Shown: positions 45,364 through 55,074, counted from the first letter of the stretch. The stretch: DNA of 64,000 nucleotides from Magnetovibrio sp. (GCA_002690705.1 NZFO01000012.1:53230-117229); one strand, 5' to 3'. Translations and numbers: made by a program. Notes: generated by a model from the letters alone, not told the origin.

Positions 45364-46266
45364 TTAAGGGTGCCAGAGAGAAATCACTCCGTCAAGTTTA
45401 AGTCTATCAGAAAACAGAGTGGTTCCAAAAGCCAACGATAGAATTTCTCTCCATATCTCACCCTCTCTACTGTCTAAAATAGGTCGAATTTCTGTGCCTT
45501 CCTTGATTGCGTGATTTTTTTCTAACCAGTTCAGGGCATCTTTCTCGTGGCCTACTGCATCAATGAGCCCCACTGCCAGGGCTTGACGTCCACTAAATAT
45601 CCGGCCGTCTGCGAGAGAGCGAGCTTTGATATCATCCATACCGCGACGCGCTTTAACAATATCGACAAACATGGAATGCAGATCACGGACCACCTCTTGT
45701 GTCATTTCTCGTGCATCAGAGGTCAGTGTTTCCATTGGATTGGGTTGTGCTTTTAATGGACTACTTTTAATTATCTCAGGTTTTATCCCAATATTTTCCA
45801 TAAGCCCGGTAACGTCAGCAGACTGCAACAATACCCCTATTGACCCCGTTACCGTTCCAGCATGAGCAATAATATGGTCAGCACCTAAGGCAGCCATGTA
45901 TGCTGCAGAAGTTGCGGTGTTTTCCATTACAGCAACAACCGGCTTTTTGGCCGAAACCTCTCGTAAAGATTTAAATAAAACCTCGCCACCGACTACCGTT
46001 CCGCCCGGGCTATCGATTGATAAAATCAATGCTTTAGCATTTTCTGCATTTGCGACCTCAGCCAAGGCTTGCAAGGTTTCTTGATCCGCTGTAATTATTC
46101 CATTGATCTTCATTCGACCAATATAGTCGCCAAAATTTACTGGCTGAGTGCTATTCAATCCAATGCCTAACGCCACGAACAGCGCCAAAACGGTGGCTAT
46201 TCTCCAAAAATTCAGGCGCCGCTTTAAGCGGCGCCTGTCGATAATTGAATCAATGTCTCGATACAT
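45364..46266 (-). CDS. sppA: signal peptide peptidase SppA, 36K type (S49)
   Basis: 300 aa with an N-terminal TM, DSPGGTVVGGE, and an AASGGY-equivalent region (TSAAYMAA). Confidence 0.85.
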   Translation of the reverse strand: MYRDIDSIIDRRRLKRRLNFWRIATVLALFVALGIGLNSTQPVNFGDYIGRMKINGIITADQETLQALAEVANAENAKALILSIDSPGGTVVGGEVLFKSLREVSAKKPVVAVMENTATSAAYMAALGADHIIAHAGTVTGSIGVLLQSADVTGLMENIGIKPEIIKSSPLKAQPNPMETLTSDAREMTQEVVRDLHSMFVDIVKARRGMDDIKARSLADGRIFSGRQALAVGLIDAVGHEKDALNWLEKNHAIKEGTEIRPILDSREGEIWREILSLAFGTTLFSDRLKLDGVISLWHP

Positions 46267-46346
46267 GGGTAGCTTCCTCGATCAAAATAATCATACCTGA
46301 CCTACACATTAACCATGCTTTTCCACGACCTTACGTTGCTTACTCT

Positions 46347-48227
46347 TTACTCTTCCGGTGTGACTTCTGGATCTCCCGTCTCTTCACCAGAAACCTTATG
46401 CTCTTCCTTACCTTCTGAGGTAACGGCTGAGGTGACGGCTGAAACATCGTCTTTTTTTGTCACTCGTTTTTTTACAGCTTCTTCTCTGATCGGCTCCTGA
46501 CCGTTTTCCCCCTCAGTCGCCTGTTGTTTTTCGGCAATAGCCGCACCCAGAATATCCCCGAGTGACGCTCCTGCATCAGTGGAACCGTATGTGGCCATCG
46601 CCTCTTTCTCTTCTCTCACCTCTCGCGCTTTAATTGACAGTGTCACCCTGCGAGCGACCTTATCCAATTGTGTTATTTTGGCATCAACTTTTTCGCCGGG
46701 AGCGAACCGGTCGGGGCGCTGTTCTGACCGATCGCGGCTAAGTTCCGACTTACGGATAAAACCCGGCACACTGTCATTTACCCGAACCTCGATGCCGTTA
46801 TCGACGATTTCATAGACAGTGCAGGTGACGACCAAGCCTTTACTCAGCCCATCCAAAGCCCCGCCGACACGATCCTCAGAAAGCTGCTTTACACCTAAAG
46901 AAATTCGTTCTTTCTCAACGTCAACATCAAGGACTTTGGCTTTCACCATTTGGCCTTTTGTGAAATCGACCAAGGCGTCTTCACCAGTCTTTTCCCAACT
47001 AAGATCGGATAAGTGTGCCATGCCATCAATTTCACCATCGAGTCCAATAAACAGACCAAATTCGGTAATGTTCTTTATTTCTCCCTCAACAATACTCTCG
47101 ATGGGAAAGCGTGTAACGAAGGACTCCCAGGGATTATCCATGCATTGCTTTAATCCGAGAGAAATACGCCTCTTATCAGAATCAGTATCCAAAACAACAA
47201 CTTCAACTTCTTGCGATGTCGAGACAATTTTCCCCGGATGCACATTTTTCTTAGTCCAGCTCATTTCAGACACATGCACCAGCCCCTCAACACCTGCCTC
47301 CAGCTCAACAAACGCTCCGTAGTCAGTAATGTTGGTTACGCGACCTGAATACTTAGAACCGATCGGGTATTTTGCAGCAACGCCATCCCAAGGGTCGGCC
47401 TCAAGCTGTTTTACACCAAGCGAAATACGCTGTGTTTCGGCGTTGAAGCGAATGACTTGGACTTTAATAGTTTCACCGATCTGCAGAGCTTCCGATGGAT
47501 GATTGATCCGTTTCCATGCAATATCTGTCACATGCAATAAACCATCAACACCACCCAAATCTATGAATGCGCCATAGTCAGTAATATTCTTGACAACACC
47601 CTCAAGAACTTGGCCTTCAGATAGGTTTGACATCAACTCGGACCGAGCTTCAGTCCGTGTTTCCTCGAGAACAGCCCGTCGAGAGACGACAATATTATTC
47701 CTCTGAGCATCCATTTTAAGAATTTGGAATGGTTGGGGGGATCCCATTAAAGGTGCGACGTCTCGTACGGGACGTATGTCCACCTGACTACCCGGCAAGA
47801 ACGCCACTGCGCCGGAGAGATCAACGATAAAGCCTCCCTTTACTCGACCAAAAATTACACCGTTCACGCGCTCAGTGGCTTTGAAAGATTTCTCTAAATC
47901 GGTCCAAGCTTCTTCCCGACGAGCTTTCTCACGGCTAAGGCGGATAACTCCATCGCGATCTTCGAAGCGCTCAACAAAAACATCAACGGTATCACCTATA
48001 CTAATGTCTTGGTCACGGCCAGGCGCACCAAACTCTTTAAGCGGTACGCGACCCTCGGACTTCAAGCCCACATCGATGGTTACAACATCACTATCGACGG
48101 CTAAGACAGTGCCTTTGAGAACTTTTCCCTCAAAACCGTCCTCACCAAACGTCTCATTAAGAAGGTCAGCAAAATTTTCTTTTGGAGTGGTTTCTACATC
48201 TGCGGTTGTATCAGTGGCAGGATTCAT
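46347..48227 (-). CDS. rpsA: 30S ribosomal protein S1 with ~55-aa acidic C-terminal extension
   Basis: 626 aa with six S1 motifs (repeated GxV..I.dfGaFv.l pattern). The tail contains AVTSAVTS, encoded by a 12-nt tandem repeat (46417-46440). Confidence 0.96.
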   Translation of the reverse strand: MNPATDTTADVETTPKENFADLLNETFGEDGFEGKVLKGTVLAVDSDVVTIDVGLKSEGRVPLKEFGAPGRDQDISIGDTVDVFVERFEDRDGVIRLSREKARREEAWTDLEKSFKATERVNGVIFGRVKGGFIVDLSGAVAFLPGSQVDIRPVRDVAPLMGSPQPFQILKMDAQRNNIVVSRRAVLEETRTEARSELMSNLSEGQVLEGVVKNITDYGAFIDLGGVDGLLHVTDIAWKRINHPSEALQIGETIKVQVIRFNAETQRISLGVKQLEADPWDGVAAKYPIGSKYSGRVTNITDYGAFVELEAGVEGLVHVSEMSWTKKNVHPGKIVSTSQEVEVVVLDTDSDKRRISLGLKQCMDNPWESFVTRFPIESIVEGEIKNITEFGLFIGLDGEIDGMAHLSDLSWEKTGEDALVDFTKGQMVKAKVLDVDVEKERISLGVKQLSEDRVGGALDGLSKGLVVTCTVYEIVDNGIEVRVNDSVPGFIRKSELSRDRSEQRPDRFAPGEKVDAKITQLDKVARRVTLSIKAREVREEKEAMATYGSTDAGASLGDILGAAIAEKQQATEGENGQEPIREEAVKKRVTKKDDVSAVTSAVTSEGKEEHKVSGEETGDPEVTPEE

Positions 48228-48376
48228 AATCTCAGTTCCTTACGTTTGATAATATTCATGCCGACCGGTTGGATCCGGTGGTCTGTCAAAATGGGCCAAT
48301 CCATAAAGACGCATAGGGAATTGCCCAACGCCATTATGGTGTGAATAGCAAGCGCGGTCTTTTGCGCGTTACAAGT

Positions 48377-49027
48377 TCAAAAAACATTCACTTCGGGAGC
48401 GGCAGCCAAAATTATACCCATCGCCGTCTCAAATACCGCCTCGGCATCCATTACGCTAGTATCAATTTTCACGGCGTCTTCAGCCTGCTCCAGAGGTGCC
48501 ACAGAGCGTGAGCTATCTCGAGCATCTCGCTCGTTCATGTCCTCAAGAACGCGCGCATATATAACTGTGCTACCCCGATCCTGCAACTCCTTAAAACGCC
48601 GTTGAGCACGGACCTCTGTACTAGCGGTTACAAAGAGCTTTACTGGCGCATCTGGACAAACAACCGTTCCAATGTCACGGCCGTCAAGAATCGAGCCTTT
48701 TTTCCCCTTCAATGGCGATTTAGCAAAACTCCGCTGGAACTCCAAGAGAGCCGCACGAACGCCTGGAATAGCTGAAACCTTGGAAGCAGCTTGAGCGACG
48801 TCATCAGCGCGCAAACCGTCAATCTCAAGATCTGCCGGCTTGAGAGCTTTAGAGATGGACTCAGCGCGGGCGATGTCCTCAAGATCCACCCCAAGGCTGA
48901 GCACTTTCTTGCCAACCGCCCTGTAAAGGAGGCCTGTATCCAAGTACGCAAGCCGCAGTTCAACTGCGAGATGGCGGGCCAAGGTTCCTTTTCCAGCCGC
49001 GGCCGGACCGTCTATCGCTATTATCAT
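48377..49027 (-). CDS. cmk: cytidylate kinase
   Basis: Start reassigned to ATG at 49027 ([15 protein letters not shown]), with an ATGA overlap with the aroA stop. Confidence 0.93.
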   Translation of the reverse strand: MIIAIDGPAAAGKGTLARHLAVELRLAYLDTGLLYRAVGKKVLSLGVDLEDIARAESISKALKPADLEIDGLRADDVAQAASKVSAIPGVRAALLEFQRSFAKSPLKGKKGSILDGRDIGTVVCPDAPVKLFVTASTEVRAQRRFKELQDRGSTVIYARVLEDMNERDARDSSRSVAPLEQAEDAVKIDTSVMDAEAVFETAMGIILAAAPEVNVF

Positions 49028-50370
49028 TTGGCGACACACTCTGTTTTCGGAGTCCTTATTTCTGCACCTAGCGCACACATTAAATCGACAAATCTAGGGA
49101 AGCTCGAATTAATTGTTGATGCTCCAGTAATCGTAATTGGTTCGCGCGTGACAAGACCAAGCACAGCGAAACTCATGGCAATCCGATGATCAAGGCCAGA
49201 ATTGATAGTCACACCTCCAACAGGAGCTCTTCCTTGGCCGTAGACAATTAAATAATCCTCTCCCTCTTCTATCTTGACACCACAGGCGCTCAATCCTGAC
49301 GCTACCGCAGCGAGCCGGTCGCTCTCTTTAAATCGAAGTTCCCTGAGTCCCCGCATCACAGTCGGACCCTCTGCCATGGCTGCAGCAACTGCAAGCACCG
49401 GATACTCATCAATCATGGAGGGTGCCCGGGTCGAAGGGACCTCAATACCTCGGAGGTCCGATGCAGTTACCAAAAGGTCTGCCGTTGGTTCTCCGCCATC
49501 ATTTGTCTCATTCTCAATGCCAATCTTTGCACCCATCTCAAGCAACGTTGAAATAAGCCCAGTGCGCAAGGGATTGATACCTACGCCGTTAAGGCGCACG
49601 GACGACCCGTGCACTAAGGTTGCCGCGACAATTGGAAAGGCCGCGGAGGAAATGTCCGATGGCACTCGAATATACTGCGGTGTTAATTCCAACTGACCGG
49701 TGATTTTGATGGTGCGTCCCGCCGGATTTGCATCGTAAATATTGAGCTCTGCTCCAAAATATTTCAGCATTCGCTCTGTGTGATCGCGAGTTGGGGTTGG
49801 CTCAACTACCGTTGTCTCGCCGGGTGTGTTCAAGCCCGCTATGAGGATAGCAGATTTAACTTGAGCGGAAGCAACGGGCAAAACGTAGTGAATAGGAACA
49901 GGGTCGGCGGTGCCGAAAACAGTTATTGGCAACTTACCATCTTCATTCCCTCTTAATTCAGCTCCAAACTTATGAAGCGGCGTTGTTACCCGGTCCATAG
50001 GGCGAGATCGCAGGGAAGCGTCGCCCGTAACAACGCTAGTCATAGGGTGTGTCGCGAGTAACCCCAACATGAGTCTAGCGGCAGTTCCCGAATTACCCAT
50101 ATCAATAACATCATTAGGCTCATTCAAACCACCAAGTCCACAGCCATGGACAGCCCAACATTGCTCACCTTTATTTTCAACGATGCTCCCTATGGCCCGT
50201 ATTGCGCCCGCTGTCGCGAGCACATCCTCTCCCTCGAGAAGGCCCTCTATCCGTGTTTCACCGACCGCCAACGCACCTAAAATCAGAGCCCGATGAGAAA
50301 TTGATTTATCTCCCGGCACTCGAGCTTGGCCACTGAGGGCACTGGAACAATGAGAGATAAGGGTTTTCAA
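49024..50370 (-). CDS. aroA: 3-phosphoshikimate 1-carboxyvinyltransferase (EPSP synthase)
   Basis: 448 aa with [20 protein letters not shown] and RPMDRV. Confidence 0.95.
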   Translation of the reverse strand: MKTLISHCSSALSGQARVPGDKSISHRALILGALAVGETRIEGLLEGEDVLATAGAIRAIGSIVENKGEQCWAVHGCGLGGLNEPNDVIDMGNSGTAARLMLGLLATHPMTSVVTGDASLRSRPMDRVTTPLHKFGAELRGNEDGKLPITVFGTADPVPIHYVLPVASAQVKSAILIAGLNTPGETTVVEPTPTRDHTERMLKYFGAELNIYDANPAGRTIKITGQLELTPQYIRVPSDISSAAFPIVAATLVHGSSVRLNGVGINPLRTGLISTLLEMGAKIGIENETNDGGEPTADLLVTASDLRGIEVPSTRAPSMIDEYPVLAVAAAMAEGPTVMRGLRELRFKESDRLAAVASGLSACGVKIEEGEDYLIVYGQGRAPVGGVTINSGLDHRIAMSFAVLGLVTREPITITGASTINSSFPRFVDLMCALGAEIRTPKTECVAK

Positions 50371-50570
50371 AAACTAAAGTGCCTCGAAAAGAACAAAAAG
50401 AAACTAGATCATGCTTTTTCGTTTTGACAGATGGCGCGTAAAATGGCAATTGAAGTTCGTCAAAGTGAAAATAAATGATTCAGTTTGTTATGATATATGA
50501 TAAACACCTGCAAAATCGTTCGTTAATTATCGTTTTTAATTAACTATTAATCAAATGAATAGGTTTATCC

Positions 50571-50918
50571 GTGGCAAAACCTGATAGAGGCAAAAAGCAT
50601 ACCTGCCAAAACTGTGGCACTATATTTTATGACTTCAGACGCACGCCCGTTGACTGTCCCAAATGTGGTAGCCGGGTCGAAGTACAGTTGTTGCTAAAAC
50701 CCCGCCGTCCAGGCCCTCAATCCAAGTCATCTTCCCGAAAAATAGGGGTTCCAGAACCTGCTCATGTGGAAGAACCAGATAATTTGGAGGTCGAGATCGA
50801 CGAGGTCGAGGAGGAGGAAGATGATCTTATGGAGGACATGTCTGACATCGGCGACGATGATTCGGATATGTCGGAAGTAAAAGAACACATCTCCTCACCC
50901 AGCGGTGAAAAAGAGTAA
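50571..50918 (+). CDS. TIGR02300-family (FYDLN_acid) zinc-ribbon protein with acidic tail
   Basis: 115 aa with a GTG start, CQNCGTIFYDF...CPKCG, and a Glu/Asp-rich C-terminus. Confidence 0.85.
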   Translation: MAKPDRGKKHTCQNCGTIFYDFRRTPVDCPKCGSRVEVQLLLKPRRPGPQSKSSSRKIGVPEPAHVEEPDNLEVEIDEVEEEEDDLMEDMSDIGDDDSDMSEVKEHISSPSGEKE

Positions 50919-50954
50919 CATTTCGACAACGTGACAGACTATTTAGCAATTTCT

Positions 50955-50980
50955 GAACGCTAGCATCCTTGGCAGCGTTC
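50955..50980. terminator. hairpin between convergent genes (possible bidirectional terminator)
   Basis: GAACGCT (50955-50961) pairs with AGCGTTC (50974-50980) across a 12-nt loop. There is no clear T tract, so it is weak. Confidence 0.3.
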
Positions 50981-50996
50981 TCCCACGGTGGCAATT

Positions 50997-52010
50997 TTAG
51001 AACTGCATAACATCTTCTATACTTGAGTTAGCCGTCCATTTAAGAGTTAGGTCGGAGAGGCGGCTCACCATTTCGACACATTTTTCAGGGTACCGACCTA
51101 TTGCAGTTTCAGCCGCAAGCACTAACCCGTCTGCTCCCATAAGTAATGAACTCACTATATCGTTTGCTTCAGCCCGTGTGGGGGTTTCGGCCGTTACCAT
51201 AGACTCTAAGAGGTTCGTAGCAATATAGACAGGTACTCCTTGAGCTTTGGCCATGGATACTATCCGCCGCTGCAAAAAAGGGATTTTTTCAATTGGAAGT
51301 TGCCTTGAGAGATCCCCGCGGTCTATCAAAATTTCATCAGTTTCAGATAAGATTGCAGGTAAGTTAGCCAATGCTTTACGGGTTTCGATCTTAGAGATTA
51401 TCTTGGCATCTGGTCCACATAATCTCCGCATCCGCGCAACGTCATTGGCACTGCTTGCAAATGAGAGAGCAAAATGCTCTACGCCGTTCTTCAAGCCGAT
51501 ATCTATCGCCATCCTATCTTTTTTGGTAATTGCCGGCATTGTAATGTGTCGGTTTAAGCTAGCTGCTTTGTTACTGCCGACATGCCCGGCCTTTATTATC
51601 TTTGCAATACAATTATTTTTTTCACATTTCAGCACACGCAGAGCCGCCCCATTAAAGTCCAAATTAATCTCGTCCTCTACCTTGAATTTTTTAGCAATTC
51701 CAGTTGGATTAAATGAGATATTAGACGCGTCTCCAATCGTCTTGCAGAAATGGATAGTTACTTGGTCACCAGCTTTAAAATTTACGCCGTTTTTTTTCAT
51801 TTCTTGGTTACGTAGCTGCGCTCCCTCGCTATCCAAACATATGGGTACACTTGTCCAAGCCCTCAGTTTGTCAATATTATCTGCCACGTTTTCGATGGGT
51901 GTGTGTGAGAGATTTAATCGAAACAAAAAGACTCCGATATCAGCGCATTTTTGAATAACACGGGGATTTAGGGAATTCGGTCCGACAGTTACAAGAATCT
52001 TAGGGGTCAT
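50997..52010 (-). CDS. pyruvate-kinase-like protein, A/B (barrel) domains only, no C-terminal regulatory domain
   Basis: 337 aa (typical PK is ~470-480). PK-like motifs: ILVTVGP, RLNLSHT, SKIETRKA, LIDRGDLS, IATNLLESM, PTRAEANDI, ETAIGRYP. The LDTKGPEIR site is replaced by LDSEGAQLR. Confidence 0.75.
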   Translation of the reverse strand: MTPKILVTVGPNSLNPRVIQKCADIGVFLFRLNLSHTPIENVADNIDKLRAWTSVPICLDSEGAQLRNQEMKKNGVNFKAGDQVTIHFCKTIGDASNISFNPTGIAKKFKVEDEINLDFNGAALRVLKCEKNNCIAKIIKAGHVGSNKAASLNRHITMPAITKKDRMAIDIGLKNGVEHFALSFASSANDVARMRRLCGPDAKIISKIETRKALANLPAILSETDEILIDRGDLSRQLPIEKIPFLQRRIVSMAKAQGVPVYIATNLLESMVTAETPTRAEANDIVSSLLMGADGLVLAAETAIGRYPEKCVEMVSRLSDLTLKWTANSSIEDVMQF

Positions 52011-52260
52011 TCTAAATACTATCCTAATACTAATACTCTATTTTGAGCTATAAGAACGCGTCTACACTGGTATAAAGGCGCCAATACAGCAATGAGTAAA
52101 TATCGGCTTCATTTTAGTGTCAAAAACTTCAAATTTGAGTAATTAAATTGTTTTTGGGTAATTAAACTCTTAATGAGCGGCGGAACAGATTAGCCCATTT
52201 GAAATTTAGCACTCCGCTTATCAAGAACTAAAATATTTGGCCTGCAATCGTGATTTAGTC

Positions 52261-52271
52261 GGGGGGGGGGG
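52261..52271. repeat. G11 homopolymeric tract in the divergent intergenic region
   Basis: Read directly (c gggggggggggg a context: 10 G at 52261-52270 plus G at 52271). It lies 251 nt from the PK-like start and 212 nt upstream of the TTL-like start. Confidence 0.9.
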
Positions 52272-52482
52272 ACTATTGAGAGATTTTCCTTCCCGCATTT
52301 ATCGATGTGTTATAAAAAAGGGAAGAAACGGATGGGAAAGACGAGGCTTATACAGGAGCAATGCTACCGAGGACCCTCTGAAAGTTTTTAAAATCTCCAC
52401 AAGTCATTGAACTAAGATTTAAAGGGCGTAGTAACGTCTGGCAATTCCAAAGAAGACCCTAGGTAAGAAATGATCCAAGTCT

Positions 52483-53355
52483 ATGTCCACAATATACGTT
52501 TATCGCGCTCTTTTTAATCAAATATCCCAAATTCATACTTTTAAGGGTATTCCGATGCCCGGGCGTTATGTAACTGGAAATAAGGATTTTTCTGATCTGT
52601 TCATTGAATATTCTAGCGAGGGCGACATCCACAATAAAAAGTTTCTACAAAATTTTACAGGAGACTCATTTTTTCCTGAAACTTATTTTGAACTCGAAAC
52701 AACGCCAGTCGGAAGAAACTCTGAAACTTTCTTTTTAAAGAATTATCGATCAGATAATAGCGAGGATATAATAATTCTTAATGGCAGTCAGTTACCCCCC
52801 TTGGTTCCAAAATCTCATCTTTTGCAGTTAGAAATATTACCAAAACTCTACAGAGGAAAAAAATTTGATATCCGAGTATACGTTTGTGTGAGTAGAACCG
52901 GTGCCATCATGATTTATAAAAATATTTTTTACAGGATAAATCCCAACCTTTATCAGGAAGGAGAACATAAAGATCCTGAGCAATATCAATTTACAACGCC
53001 GATGGCGACAGGAGGAACTGGTAGCTTTTTCCAAAAAACTCGGCCTGGGCAATTTCCTATATCTGATTATTTAGCACAGTTAGAGATAATTATTCCAAAA
53101 ATATATAAGCGGCTGAGCCCTTTAGCTAATAGAGGGATTGCAGAGGATCTTGATTCCTCGTTCATGATAGGAGGGCTTGATTTCATTCCGTCTCGGGAAG
53201 GTGACAAACTTGTGTTCCTAGAGGTTAATGTTACGCCAGGGTGGCATATAAACTACGGACTAAAATACTATCAGGAGTTTTATCAACTCTCGACAGAGTT
53301 TATTCTTGGGCATGACAGAAATTCAGATGAATGCTTATATGCACAAGTATCCTAA
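52483..53355 (+). CDS. tubulin-tyrosine-ligase-like (TTL-family) ATP-grasp protein
   Basis: 290 aa. GKKFDIRVYVCVSRTGAIMIYKNIFYRI matches the TTL pattern (g.KFDlRiYVlvts..pl.iY.y.eG..R). FMIGGLDFIPSREGDKLVFLEVNVTPGW matches (FellGfDfliD....vWLiEVN.sPsl). Confidence 0.7.
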   Translation: MSTIYVYRALFNQISQIHTFKGIPMPGRYVTGNKDFSDLFIEYSSEGDIHNKKFLQNFTGDSFFPETYFELETTPVGRNSETFFLKNYRSDNSEDIIILNGSQLPPLVPKSHLLQLEILPKLYRGKKFDIRVYVCVSRTGAIMIYKNIFYRINPNLYQEGEHKDPEQYQFTTPMATGGTGSFFQKTRPGQFPISDYLAQLEIIIPKIYKRLSPLANRGIAEDLDSSFMIGGLDFIPSREGDKLVFLEVNVTPGWHINYGLKYYQEFYQLSTEFILGHDRNSDECLYAQVS

Positions 53356-53573
53356 TGCTAACACGTTTCTTAGACGTTCCTCGGAACATTATGCTGCTAA
53401 ATCTCATGTCAAAGAATAGCAGAATTATGCGCTAAAAACTGAAATTAAAATAACCACGGCGAAGGCCTAAAATATTGGACAGCGCCGATGTAGGAGAGGT
53501 ACATGTGGAGAATGCATGTGCATTTAGGCTTATGCCATTTGGTAATAAACATTAATCCTTTTATGCTCGTTAA

Positions 53574-53660
53574 TGGCAACTTGTTACCCAAATTGATTTT
53601 CCATCAGTATTTTTAATATCATGAGACAATTTTAAACCAAAAAAAAAGTCGCTTTTTGTT
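53574..53660 (+). repeat. 87-bp direct-repeat copy of the upstream region plus first 13 codons of the transglutaminase-fold gene (partner 58554-58640)
   Basis: Base-by-base comparison at a constant offset of 4980 bp gives 78/87 identical with no indels. The copy here has TTA->TAA in codon 5 (ATGAGACAATTTTAA). Confidence 0.85.
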
Positions 53661-53718
53661 AGACTTGCGAAAACGCCAAAATCACAGAGATGTTTGCAGA
53701 GCCTTTAGACAGAAATTC

Positions 53719-54498
53719 TCAGATGTCGCCTAACTCTCGTTCAAGCTGAAGTCGCTCATAGAAATATCGGTTATCGTCCCAGCTTTCGTTAGCTGGTGGC
53801 AATTTATCGTCCATCAGGGTTTCTTTTATGCGTAACAGGGTGTCAGAAACCCAGTCAGAGTTCCCAATGTAAGGGATGAGGGTTGTCTTGAACTCCATAA
53901 AGCCAACGTCCTCATAGCCTTGATGGTCAGAATAGAAGTCGTTATCGCCCTTGATACCGTTCACATAGAGAAAATATCCCAAATCAGAGACGGGAAATTC
54001 TCTCTTACGGAATAGCCATTGGTAGACTTCCATCTGTCGCTTGTATCCAGAACCCCAACCGCTCTCGATATCTGGGTCACCTTGTTTCGAGGTCGACTTG
54101 TAATCAACGATATAGAGTTCTTTGGAGTTGATATCTTCCCATACGTCATCGACAGCCCCAAACACCTCAAGGTTGGTTGCCTCGTCTAAATAACGGATAC
54201 CTTTGAAGTTGTTTCTCCAATCCTCAATTTCGGGATGTTGATATGGGATAACCTCAAGATTGAATTTCTCAAAGATTGGGTGTTCTGAGGATTGCTTCTC
54301 TCGGTAGCCATCAAACTCATTCTTGAGGAGATGGTCAGTAGCCACAGCAAGGGTAAGAGGAACCATTGATGGGGGTTTGAGACCGAACTTTCTCTGAAGG
54401 ACAAAGGTCCTTGGGCAGCGAAGGAACTGGTCTATCCCTGAACGGGATATGGGAAACGGGTCATCCCTATTTTTATCGAATTTATTATATCTCGCCAT
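53719..54498 (-). CDS. Cas4/RecB-like PD-(D/E)XK nuclease (no C-terminal Cys cluster)
   Basis: 259 aa with N-terminal SGIDQFLRCPRTF, motif II GAVDDV, motif III LYIVDYKS (D-x-K), and the QxxxY motif (RQMEVYQWL). Confidence 0.78.
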   Translation of the reverse strand: MARYNKFDKNRDDPFPISRSGIDQFLRCPRTFVLQRKFGLKPPSMVPLTLAVATDHLLKNEFDGYREKQSSEHPIFEKFNLEVIPYQHPEIEDWRNNFKGIRYLDEATNLEVFGAVDDVWEDINSKELYIVDYKSTSKQGDPDIESGWGSGYKRQMEVYQWLFRKREFPVSDLGYFLYVNGIKGDNDFYSDHQGYEDVGFMEFKTTLIPYIGNSDWVSDTLLRIKETLMDDKLPPANESWDDNRYFYERLQLERELGDI

Positions 54499-54515
54499 TC
54501 GTCAAATCCCATCTC

Positions 54516-54674
54516 CTATTGGAACTTATCCTTACAGCCGTACAAACATTGATTAGAATTCTCCGCACAGGTATCTGGTTTAATATTTGTTCCCACCGCA
54601 CAAGTCATATAAAGCTCTGCACAACCCTTCTTACATTTTTTATAATTGGCAGCACTTTTCTGCTTAGCAGGCTG
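54516..54674 (-). other. 52-codon Cys/Lys-rich reading frame continuing in frame after the TAA of the pentapeptide-repeat gene
   Basis: Hand translation: ...SGCKKGEKTS-TAA(54675-54677)-QPAKQKSAANYKKCKKGCAELYMTCAVGTNIKPDTCAENSNQCLYGCKDKFQ-TAG(54516-54518). It has six Cys. The same Cys/Lys-rich style (ENSGCKKG) already starts before the stop. Confidence 0.45.
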
Positions 54675-54968
54675 TTAGCTTGTTTTCTCACCCTTCTTGC
54701 AACCAGAGTTTTCCTCGCCCCATGGCATTTTTGTTTTACAGAGGATAGCTCCATCCAGTTTAGCATCCTTCAAGTTGGCCGTTGAAAGGTCCACTCCACC
54801 TAAGTCCGCCCCAATCAACTTGGCTTCACTCAAATCACGATTCTCACATTTATTTAGCGCCTTAAACTTTTTCAAATGAATTTCATTAAACGTCCACGCG
54901 GGAGCAGAAATACCCATCGCCAAGACAAATAGAATGTTAATTACGAGTAGTTTCTTGGAATTTGCCAT
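54675..54968 (-). CDS. secreted pentapeptide-repeat protein
   Basis: 97 aa with a signal peptide (KKLLVINILFVLAMGISAPA) and pentapeptide units (CENRDLSEAKLIGADLGGVDLSTANLKDAKLDGAIL). Confidence 0.75.
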   Translation of the reverse strand: MANSKKLLVINILFVLAMGISAPAWTFNEIHLKKFKALNKCENRDLSEAKLIGADLGGVDLSTANLKDAKLDGAILCKTKMPWGEENSGCKKGEKTS

Positions 54969-55074
54969 TTGTCAAACCACCAAAGTTGAAATTGCAGGTC
55001 TGATTGCCTCAGCATATGGGTATCAAGGTAACCGCACTCCATGTTATAAGACTTACGGTGATAAATAGGAGAAG

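Noticed and set aside
54411-54785. Track ORF (124 aa, plus strand, TTG start)
   Set aside because: It is antisense to the nuclease start, the Cys-rich frame and the pentapeptide gene. It is a hydrophobic low-complexity artefact.
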